The notes beneath the pieces were generated by a model. The model made no database searches. It saw only the letters and a program-made list of their open reading frames with translations, and was not told the DNA's origin. A DNA stretch of 64,000 nucleotides from Heteronotia binoei (taxonomy: Eukaryota): assembly GCF_032191835.1 (NCBI RefSeq), contig NC_083237.1:28334001-28398000 (forward strand), read 5' to 3'. The position numbers were made by a program, and so were the translations under genes. Shown here in pieces: positions 34,785 to 44,740 of this stretch (position 1 is its first letter; every line of letters begins with the position of its first letter).

Positions 34785-35042
34785 GTGGTGCTTTCGGGAA
34801 GCAAATGCTCACTCTTGGCTTGAGGAAAGTTGCTCCTTTAAAGCAAATGGTGCTTCATGACCTGAGGAAATTTTTCTCCAGGCCACTCTGGCAAGGGATC
34901 CTGGAGGTTTTTTCCATCTTCTGGGCATGGGTCACTCAGGATGTGGGGGGGGGGAGGAGATATTTGTGAATTTCCTGCACTGTGCAGGGGGTTGGACTAG
35001 ATGACCCCAGAGGTCCCTTCCAACTCGATTCTGATTCTATGA
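34785..35042 (+). mobile_element. CR1 LINE 3' end fragment
   Basis: GGGGTTGGACTAGATGACC..GGTCCCTTCCAACTC..ATTCTGATTCTATGA tail. Confidence 0.75.
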
Positions 35043-36073
35043 AAGATTATCAGGGTGGGGCTATTGCTTGTGGTCAAGTCTAAAAAAGTGCAGGATCCAC
35101 TTGCATCCAAGACATTTGGGCTCCACTCTTCCCTTCTCATCCAGAGCACAACTGGTGGGGGTGGGGGGCAGAGATACCCTGGTTTAGAACTACTAGCTAC
35201 CAGAATAATCCTGACTTGCAGAAGCAAAACCATCACCGGTTAACCCACATGCTTGCATTTTGTATGTTGCTGGTGGCTAGAGTTGGTTTGAAATCAAGGT
35301 TCCTGCATCTGCCTCTGCTCAAGAAGAGTGTATGAGTCTGAGAAGAAGCTGGATTTGTGCACATTCCTGCTTAACATCATGTCCGAATACAGCCAAGCAA
35401 GCCCTGTAGCACCAAGGGCCTGTGTTTCAAATCGCACTACGTCAGAGTGCAGGGTGTTTTTTCCCCTATTGTGCTCTGGCTGAGAAGAGAGGACTGGAAC
35501 ACAAATGTCTTGGATGCAAGTGGATCTGGGCTTGACCACAAGCATCAGCCCCAGCCTGATCATCTTTCTCTCATCTCATACACCTAAAGTCTCCTCAACG
35601 CAAAACATTCCCTCCACGCTAGAAGTTAGCCCACTGAGGAGAAGAGTTATACTTATTTTAAAAGTTTATATCCCACTTCTACCCTCACAAAGGCCATCAA
35701 GGTGGGTAACAATATTAAACACACATAATGAGAGCACACTTTAAAATGATTAAAATCATTCTCCCAACACACATCATTAAAACACGTTAAAAGCAGTTAA
35801 AACACATATGAAGACATAAAACGGCACTTAAAACATTGGTCAGGAAGGAGGAATCACTGAGGGGACGTTGAACAAAAAGGTCTTCACCTGTTCTCAGAAG
35901 ATGGCAAGAGATGAATCTCCCTGGGGAGAAAGTTCCAGAGCTTTGGTGCCATGACTGAGAAGGCTCTGTTGGTCATGGCACTGGCCTCCTTCTTGCTGAG
36001 CTAATTTTCTCCTGTAGTGTTTTATATAGAAGAGCGCTCAAACATGTGAACGGAAACTTGGCCAAGAACTCAC

Positions 36074-36132
36074 CTCCTTTGTGAAAAGCGCCTCTAATTC
36101 CTGCTCATCTAAGACCCCATCACTGTTGGTGT
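36074..36132 (-). CDS. NUCB1: NUCB1 coding exon 7 (EF-hand 1)
   Basis: DTNSDGVLDEQELEALFTKE; 59 nt, phase 1 to 0. Confidence 0.93.
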
Positions 36133-37673
36133 CTGGAAGCAGAAGGGGAAATAAAAGAAAGGGAATTGAGTTACAGGAACAATACCCTGGCAACTGTAGA
36201 TAAGCCGCTGGTTCTCTATGCCTGTTTCCTAATTTTGCAACAAGGGGATGACATTGGCCTCCGTACTCTGATTGTTTTAAGAATGAAACCATGTTAAAGG
36301 ATGAACTCTACAGGAAAAGTCTTTTCATGGCCAATGTTAAACATGTGATATTGAGGAAAGAAATGCTTGTAGCCAGTCACAAACAAAATTTCATTCTCTG
36401 ACCAGTAGATGGAGATGCAGGTCCATCTTCCAATTCCTCAGTCTCAGAACAGGATTCAGAGTTGTGATGTAGAGCCAGGCAATGGCAACCCACCTCTGAA
36501 CCACTCTTACCTTGAAAACCCCGCTAGGGGTCGCTGCAAGTCAGCTGTGACTTGATGGCAAAAGGAGTCAACCCCTGCCCCAGTGCACGCATTTAAGTCA
36601 CCCATCTGTGGGCTCAATCAAAAATTTAAGAAGAAATTGATTTTTGCATAACATCCCTGATCTCCCAGAGGTAATTCCTTGCTGGCAACCAGGTAGGCAG
36701 TTATCATTAAGCCTTGAAGAATTCCTCTCTGGGAAGCCAATGGGGCATAGTGGTTAGATGTAGGAGGAAGATTGGCAAGAGCTGTGTTCAAATCCCAGCT
36801 CAGCCACGGGTTTCCTTGGACTGGCCACTCTCTCACCTTCCTCACAGGACTGCTGTGCAGATGACACACAAGAAGGGGAGAGCAAGGCTAAGCACCTTGG
36901 AGAAAAAAAGTGTGCTAAAATACACTAGACCAGAGATGTCTGTCCCAGATGAAAATATGCATGAGATTCACAGTTTAACTCTATGCACAAATACTCCAGC
37001 CTAAGCCCGCAGAAATCAATGGATCTAGCATGGAGTCACTCTGTAGAGAACTGAGCTAACAGTACCCAAGGAGGCTGCTGTTCCAAAGGAACTGGATTCT
37101 TAAAACATGCAGTATCATGAAATACTCTAGATATTAGCGCCAGATTGTTTTTAACTGTTGAATTTTAAATTATGATGTATTAATGTAGCAAAATTTTATT
37201 GTTTATTGTGATTTTATTGTTGTGAGCCACCCTGAGCCTGCCTTGGCAGGGAGGGCAGGATATAAATCAAATCAAATAAATTAAATTAAATTATGTGGAA
37301 CTTATTTGTTATGAGGGCCGGATCTGACAGATATGAGACCTTGTAGGGCCGGGCCATGTGTGCCATAAAATGTAATGCCAGGTAGCAGAGACATAAACTT
37401 TAAAAAGGAAGCAGACAAACACAAGTAAAGGGTTTTTTTTAAAAAAAAAAAAATTAAATAAAACGTAGTTAAAAGATTGGCACTTTACAGTATTTTATTT
37501 AACAGTTTCTGACAACTGATGGAAGCAAGAGAGAGGGTGAAGGAAGCAGATTTGCTCATTGGTCTGATAGGAGCCCTCAGGGGGGGGGGCTGATTCTGCC
37601 CCCGGGCTGCATGTCCGACACCCCTGGCCTAGACACTGTTAAAGTAAGATCTGGAGCAACCACCACCAATTAC

Positions 37674-37764
37674 CATGCAAGTTGAAGAAGGTCTTGGGGT
37701 TGAACTCATTGGGATCTAAGCCGTCTGTCTCCTGCCAGACTTCCTTGAGTTGATCTTGGCTTCC
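37674..37764 (-). CDS. NUCB1: NUCB1 coding exon 6
   Basis: [30 protein letters not shown]; 91 nt. Confidence 0.93.
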
Positions 37765-37860
37765 CTGCATGGGATAAGTAAGGTGGTCAAGGTGCATTCA
37801 AAGAACTCGCCACATTCCCCCTTCTAAAAGTAAAAACCAAACAAACAGGTTTCTCCCTAC

Positions 37861-38046
37861 TGGGGCATTGACTTTGGGGTGCTCTTTGTGCTTCTTCTTG
37901 AGCTCCTCGAACCGTGCCTCCTCCTCCCGACGCTTCTCCTCATCCAGAGACTTCAGATACTCCCGGCGCTCGTGCTCCTTCATCATCTCGTAGCGCTTGA
38001 ACTCATTGTGATGGTCTGCATCAAAGTTCTCCAGGTGCTTAGTAGC
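37861..38046 (-). CDS. NUCB1: NUCB1 coding exon 5
   Basis: ATKHLENFDADHHNEFKRYEMMKEHERREYL..HPKVNAP; 186 nt. Confidence 0.93.
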
Positions 38047-39639
38047 CTGGGAGGTAGAGAGAAAGACCCCCAGGGTCATCAGGGGTCTTGGTGCTCCCAC
38101 ATCTCCTGGTCTAGGCTGCATGTCCCCAATTCCCCTCCCATGGAAAATCCTGAAGACTCAACTCCGATCACTGTCCTACTTGCCCCATTCTTGTGCACTC
38201 CTGTGCCTTTACAGAAGTGGGAACATTCCACCAAGTACATCTGCCAGTTTGGTGTTGTGGTTAAGTACCCAGGCTTTTATCTGGGAGAACCAGATATAAA
38301 TATAGGTATAAAACAGTGTAATAAGCACTGGCAAATAAAATACCTATATAAATCCAGTCTCCTCTTCTTCTCTTCATCACAGAGACAAGAATAGCTGCTC
38401 TGAGCAAGAGCCCTCCTTCTGTGCAACTCTTACATACCTATCTATAAGCTAAGGCTGCAAGACCAGACCAAAAGACCATCTAAGTCCTGCATCCAAATGA
38501 CTCCCAGAAGCCAAAAAGCAGAGCTAGAAAGCAACAGCTTTCCCCACTATCCCCCCCCCCCAATATCTGATGAACCTGGAGATTCTATTGAGCTACTGTT
38601 GACAGACATATCCCTACCTTCAGTTTTCTAATCTTTCTCAGAAGTTGTCTAAGCTAGCCACCCTCATCACTAAAACTCACAGAGCTGCTGTGAGGATAAA
38701 ACAGAGATGGGGAGAAGCATGGGTGCAACCTTGAATTACTTGGAGGGAAGGCAGACTAAACATACGTTAGCTGTTAGTGGCAGAAATCAAAGCTGGAAGG
38801 TGTCTTCCAAGGGCTCCCCGCATTAAGGTAACTTCCCTCTCCTTTGCTTAAAAGGGATGCAACAACTTCCCCCCAAGTAAAGGCACATCAGAGTCTGCTT
38901 GGGTTAGCACCATCCCAGCTGACCTTAGCAGCACCACCCCCACCCTTTGAGCCTACTATCAGAATACTCTGGATGTGTATTTAGATTCAAAACAGGCTGT
39001 GCTTGCTCAAGGCAAATCAAGAAACAAACACACATAGTACAGTACAACCTGACAATGACAATCAGGACGTGTTCTGCTTTTTAGATTAGCAACTACACAT
39101 GAAGGATGATGCAGGGAGACGTTGTTATCTCCCAGATGAAAATATGAATGAGAATCACAGTTCAGCTCTATGCACAAATACTCCAGCCTATGCCCACAGA
39201 AATCAATGGATCTAGCATGGAGTCACTCTGCAGAGAACTGAGCTAACAGTACCCAAGGAGGCTGCTGTTCCAAATGAACTGGGTCTTTACAACATGCAGT
39301 ATCCTGAAATACTCTAGAGAATCTCTTCCTCCATGGCAGCACCCCCAGGAACATAAAAGGGGCAGAAATAGAACATTAGGGACATTAACCAAGTTACTGT
39401 CCTGTTAAAGTTGCCAAATGATCAACCAGCCTTTGTAGCTGTGCCTTCTTTAAACACCAACTTGATAAAGTTCACCTGCAGGGTGCAAGAAACATCCCCA
39501 GCTAATTGCTTCCAGTCCAGCTGCACAGCTACAGAGGCCAGGTGACAAGTTGGCACATCCTCTTGCAAGATTTGGAATTCTGCGCTCAGCACAATTCCAT
39601 CTTTCTGCAGCCAAAAAACCCCAACCAAAACAGACATAC

Positions 39640-39743
39640 AGTCTGAATGAGCAGCTCCAAGTCTCGGGCTTCAAATGTGTGTTGGTTTTGAGGATCTAGA
39701 TGCTCAAATTGTTTCAATAAAGTCCGGTGATCGATCTGGACAT
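39640..39743 (-). CDS. NUCB1: NUCB1 coding exon 4
   Basis: [35 protein letters not shown]; 104 nt. Confidence 0.93.
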
Positions 39744-39871
39744 CTGAAAGCAAAAGAGATGGAAAAACTAGTTAGAGATACAATTTTGCATCTGTAATTT
39801 AAGCAGATTATACAAGACAAGTTTATCAAGAGTAACACCAACAGCAATCTCAATCTCCCCTCTCAACTCAC

Positions 39872-40004
39872 CTTGTTCCATGGTGGCATCCATCTTGGCC
39901 TTCAAGAGCATCCGAAGCCGGGACACTTCCTGGCGCTTCAATTCATCCAGTTTGGTGCGGACATGGTGGCTGACAAAATCCAGCTCTTTGCTGAGTTTCC
40001 CACT
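39872..40004 (-). CDS. NUCB1: NUCB1 coding exon 3
   Basis: [40 protein letters not shown]; 133 nt. Confidence 0.94.
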
Positions 40005-40366
40005 CTGAAAGACAGAAGAGAAAGAGCAAAAGACAGCAATTATTCTAAATCCACAGTGTTCCCTAGGAGTTTTGCTTGAAGTCAACCAGTCCCCACATAT
40101 TTGTTTGTTTATTTTAGTCAATTTATATTCCACCCTTTTCTGAAAATGAGCTCAGGGTGGATAACAACATAATAAAATGACAATTAAATCAGAGAAGTAT
40201 AAAACAGTGTAATAAGCACTGGCAAATAAAATACCTATATAAAAGATCCAGTGCATCCACCTCTACTGCAAAAATCCTCATGCAGGAAGTGCTGCATTTT
40301 GCTATTTGTCCAAATCCTTGCTTATACCACCAAATCCTACACAGCAATTTGAGAATCCCAGATCAC

Positions 40367-40474
40367 CTTGATGTCCTCGGCGTTTGCCGCTTGGAGCTTC
40401 TCTCGGAAGTGCCCGTCTGTTTCCAACACATTGATGACTTCCTGCAAGTAGCGGTGGTAAAATAGGCCTGTGTC
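40367..40474 (-). CDS. NUCB1: NUCB1 coding exon 2
   Basis: [36 protein letters not shown]; the HRYLQEV and QAANAEDIK residues are NUCB1-type rather than NUCB2-type. Confidence 0.95.
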
Positions 40475-40487
40475 CTGCATGGAAACC

Positions 40488-40760
40488 GAAGAAGAAGACA
40501 TTGGATTTATATTCCGCCCTCCACTCAAGAGTCTCAGAGCGGCTCACAATCTCCTTTACTTTCCTCCCCCACAACAGACACCCTGTGAGGTGGGTGGGGC
40601 TGAGAAGACTCTAACATCAGCTTCCCTTTCAAGGACAACCTCTGCCAGAGCTATGGCTGACCCAAGGCCATTCCAGCAGGTGCAAGTGGAGGAGTGGGGA
40701 ATCAAACCCCGTTCTCCCAGATAAGAGTCCGCACACTTAACCACTACACCAAACTGGCTC
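40488..40760 (-). mobile_element. Squam3-like tRNA-derived SINE, well preserved
   Basis: On -, GAGCCAGTTTGGTGTAGTGGTTAAG (A box) and GGTTTGATTCCCC (B box), with a TTC-repeat tail; a close copy lies at ~55082-55354. Confidence 0.8.
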
Positions 40761-42080
40761 TCTTGTGGAGCCAGAAGTCAGGCTAACCGGAGGGGCCCTC
40801 ACTCAGTGCAACCAGCAGGTCCCAGATTGAATCTCTGGTATATCTAGATGAAAAGTTCTCAAGTACCAGGTGCCCGGAAAGACTTTTCTTAGCCTGAGAG
40901 CTGCTTCCAGCCAATGGCTACAGGTTTTTACAGGCTTCTCCATCACAGTTCATTTCTCTTCAGCCTCCCTCACCATGCAGCTACACTGAAAAGACTGGAT
41001 CATAACTGCTGGATGGTCTTTTTAGTCCAACAACACCAGCAGATCTAAAAACAGTACAAAAGAGTCAGGGCTCTTCTGCTTCTAAGTGCCCCTCCAGCAA
41101 GGAAAGGAAGTTCACCCAGAAGCCCCTGGCAACATCACAAGCTCTCAAGGGCAACTTTCTATTTCCTTTTTGGAATAATATTTGGGGGAGGCAGTAAAAC
41201 ACGATTCTCTTGAGCTGTGCTTCTTCCACTGCTGCTCAGCCAGCCTCCAACACTGTTTTTGCCAGTCAGGGTGGAACACTGGGACAGAGATCTGGCTTGG
41301 CAGGCTCCCCTCGTAAGGTATGTTCATTTACCCCACTGTCTAGTCAGGAACTTCCCCACTTTACCAAACGTGCCTGGAAGGTCTCCAATTTAGTCAATTT
41401 AAGTGGTGGCCAAACTGTGTCTCAGGAGCCACATGTGTCTCTTTCACACATACTGTGTGGCTCTTGAAGTCTCCATCACCCCGTCTGCCAGCTTGGAGAA
41501 GGTATTTTTCTCTTTAAATCACTTATCCAAGCCAAGCCAGCTGGCAACATGGAGAATACATTTAAAGTTGCTTTCTTTCTACCTCTCCGCATCTATTTTG
41601 CCTTCCTTCCTTGCTGACTTGCGGCTCTCAAACATCTGATGTTTATGTGGCTCTTACATTAAGCAAGTTTGGCCACCCCTGCTCCAGAATAACTTGTATG
41701 AGGATAGGATCAGAGGACCCTGCAAAAAACTGTTACATAGGAACCAAAATAGTCCACAACAGAACCAGGCCTAGATCTTGCTGCTACCAAGCAGACAACA
41801 TCTTAGTTATGCATTTCCCCCTTTGAACATACAAAATGAAGAGGCATTCTTAACAGCTAAGAAGTACATCAGTTGTTCAAAACTTTGCCTTTCTTCCTGT
41901 ATTTCTGTTTCTGTCCAACCAAGTCTTTCAGCAGTGTAGGATCACCCATCAGTGCAAAACAGAGGCAAGCGAAGCTGCACTAGCCAATATCAGGCTGCTT
42001 TTAAAGCTGCAGGTACCACCCAGCATACATAAGAGCATCTAAAAGCTGCTTTTTGCAAAAGAGGAGAGCCCAGCACTTAC

Positions 42081-42188
42081 CGCTGGGTCTGGGGGAGGTT
42101 CTGTCTCTTGCTTCTCCTTGGGCCGTTCAATGGGCACGCAGATTGTCAGTCCCAAAAGGGCAGCACTTACAAACCATGATAGATGCAT
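42081..42188 (-). CDS. NUCB1: NUCB1 first coding exon (signal peptide; exon extends to 42207)
   Basis: MHLSWFVSAALLGLTICVPIERPKEKQETEPPPDPA|GTAAGT; hydrophobic leader followed by VPIER. The 12 exons sum to 1368 nt (455 aa plus stop). Confidence 0.88.
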
Positions 42189-42429
42189 TGCCTCGTGTCT
42201 GAGTCACCTGCAATCAGAATGTAAGAGCTGAGGAAGAGTTCCACTGTTACTGCAACAGACTTATACTTGGGGCAGTCCCCAGCTAATGATGAGACTATGC
42301 TTATACAGCAGGATGAAACAGTACAACAGATCAACAGTGAGAGATCACATCTTTACTGCTTCCATGTATAAAAGGAACATTTCTTTCTAAGACTAGCACA
42401 GAAGGAAGGATTCAGGTAGGTAACCATGT

Positions 42430-43385
42430 TGAGCTCAAGCAACTTTTTTGTACAGCAAATTTTGTATAGAAAGAAGGAGACTGGGCTAGAAGCTCACCCT
42501 AATGCAGTAAACAGGCAAATGCTATTTTGGGCTGTACCAACAGAATAATAGTGTCCAAGTCATACAAAGTGACGGTATCACTTTACTCTGCTCTGGTTAG
42601 ACCCCCACCTAGAGTATTGTGTTCAGTTTTGGGCACCGCAATTTAAGAATACAGACAAGCTGGAACATGTCCACAGGAGAGCAACAAAGATGGTGAGGGG
42701 TCTGGAGACCAAGCTACCTTGAGCCACTGCAGGTATCATTTCACAAACCCAATCACATCCCTGCAGGCTTTCTATGAAGAAAGGTTGAAGGAACTCAGTA
42801 TGTTTAGCCTGGAGAGGAGACGACTGAAAGATGATATGATTACCATCTTCAAGTATTTGAAGGGCTGTCATACAGAGGATGGCGTGGAGTTGTTTTCTGT
42901 GGCTTCAGAAGGTCAGACAAAAATCAACAGGTTAAAAGTTTACCAAGAGTTCTCAACTAAACATTAGGAAGAACTTCCCGACAGAGCACTTCCTCAGTGG
43001 AACAGGTTTCCTCAGGAAGTGGTGGGCTCTCCTCCTTTGGAGGTTATTAAACAGAGGGTAGATGGTCATCTGACAGCAATGCTGATTCTGTGAACTGAGG
43101 CAGTTTCTGAGAAGGTGGGCAGGAAGGACTGCATCAGTGCCTAGCTCTCATGGCCCTTTCTTACATGCCCAGGGAAATGCTGATTGCTACTTTGGGGTCA
43201 GGAAGCAATTTTTCTCCAGGCCAGTTTGGCCAGGGATCATGGAGGGTTTTGTGGGTTTTTTTGCCATTTTCTGGGCATGGAACAGGGGCCACTGGGTGTG
43301 TATGGGGGGAGGTTTTTGTGAATTTCTTGCATTGTTCAAGGGGTTGGACTAGATGACCCTAGAGGTCCCTTCCTACTCTCTGAAT
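42430..43385 (+). mobile_element. CR1 LINE 3' fragment (end of RT plus 3' UTR)
   Basis: CCCCACCTAGAGTATTGTGTTCAGTTTTGGGCACC, EERLKELSMFSLERRRLK, and a GGGGTTGGACTAGATGACC tail; carries a ~55-bp foreign insert at 42712-42766. Confidence 0.85.
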
Positions 43386-44326
43386 ATTTTTTCTTACATT
43401 CTTTTTGTGTGACTCAGGAAAGCCACAGCACTACACTGGTCATAGTGTCAGACTACAGTCCAGGAGAGGCAGGTTTGAATCCCCACTCTGCTACAGTTCA
43501 CTGCAGGATCCCGGGTCAGTCCTCTCTCACCATACCTCATAGTACTGCTGTTGTGAGAATAACACAGAGGAGGGGAGAACATCATATGGGTCCCCATGGT
43601 GCAAACAGTGGAATAAATAAACATTCAAAGCAGCACCTACAGCAGAATGTTTGCTTTCCAATTCTGTAGAATGCATACACTTGGCCACGGAAAATGAGGA
43701 CGGAAATGGGTAACGTCACAGGGCATGCCTTACAAAAATTCTGTGAAAAACGTGATCTGCTGTAATTGATTCATGTCACATATTTAGGGCAGAAGCAGGA
43801 CAGTGAAAAAAACGCACTCTCATTTTTTAAAAAACATACAGGGACCACCTCTACAGAAAGCAAGAAGGTAACTCTCCAAAGCAGGCAAAGCTTCCCTCCA
43901 ACATGGCTCAAACTCAGAGCCCTTGGACATGTGCCTCTGAGAAAGTGCAGAGGGGCTCCTCGCCCATCAGTTAGTCCCCAGGAATTACAAGGTCGGGCTT
44001 CCAGATCAAAGCGGGCCGCTGAAGAGCTACCTTGAGCCGCTGCAGGTATCATTCCACCCAACTGCATCCCTGCAGACCCGCAAGATAGTCTAGAAACAGA
44101 AGCGGCGATAGACCACAGAGTTTTGTTTTCCTAGAAGCCTTATTCCCCAGAAGGTTGGGATGACTCCCTGGTAAACAAAAACTGCACTTTGCCCATGTTC
44201 AGAAAAACCTTTCTCTCCCTCCCTACAGCCACAACACTGTGCCATGACACAGCAAATAAATCCAGGGGCTTAGTCCTGGCACGAAAACCAGCACCCGGGG
44301 CCAACACACGTTCTTTTTTCACTTAC

Positions 44327-44400
44327 CTTTATTCAATAGAAAACCCGAATATTCCCCCACCTTCGGGACCCTCCTTTTGCTACTTCCTTTTGCTAAGCCC
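44327..44400 (-). other. NUCB1: NUCB1 non-coding exon 1 (5' end approximate)
   Basis: Consensus donor AAG|GTAAGT at 44327/44326 on -, just downstream of GC boxes and a CpG-rich stretch. Confidence 0.55.
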
Positions 44401-44740
44401 CGCCCCTATATCTTCATACTGAGCTCCGCCCCTTTCCTCCCGCTGATGGACTTCGCCCCCTTCGTGTCACGTCTGGCGCTTCTTGCTGCGTCATGGCGTA
44501 TTTTGGATAGGAGGCCGCGCCCCCTTCCCCACCGCCTCTTGATAGCTGGAGGAACGCCCCCTTTTCCAGATTTTTCGCTGTAGGCAATAGATGAATAGGC
44601 GGGTAGGGGGCAGGGTTTGTTGCCGCCCTCGATCCTGTTTGAAATGCAAGACCTCCCTATCGGCTTGCGTGCAGTAAATAAGGAAAAGATATCTGTGAGC
44701 ACGGGAAGAGAGCATTCTTACTCGAGATGCGTCATATTTT
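44395..44740. promoter_or_regulatory. CpG-rich promoter between the divergent NUCB1 and TULP2 genes
   Basis: GC boxes (~44398-44432); GTCACGTC 44466-44473; TGCGTCA 44487-44493 and 44728-44734. Confidence 0.6.
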
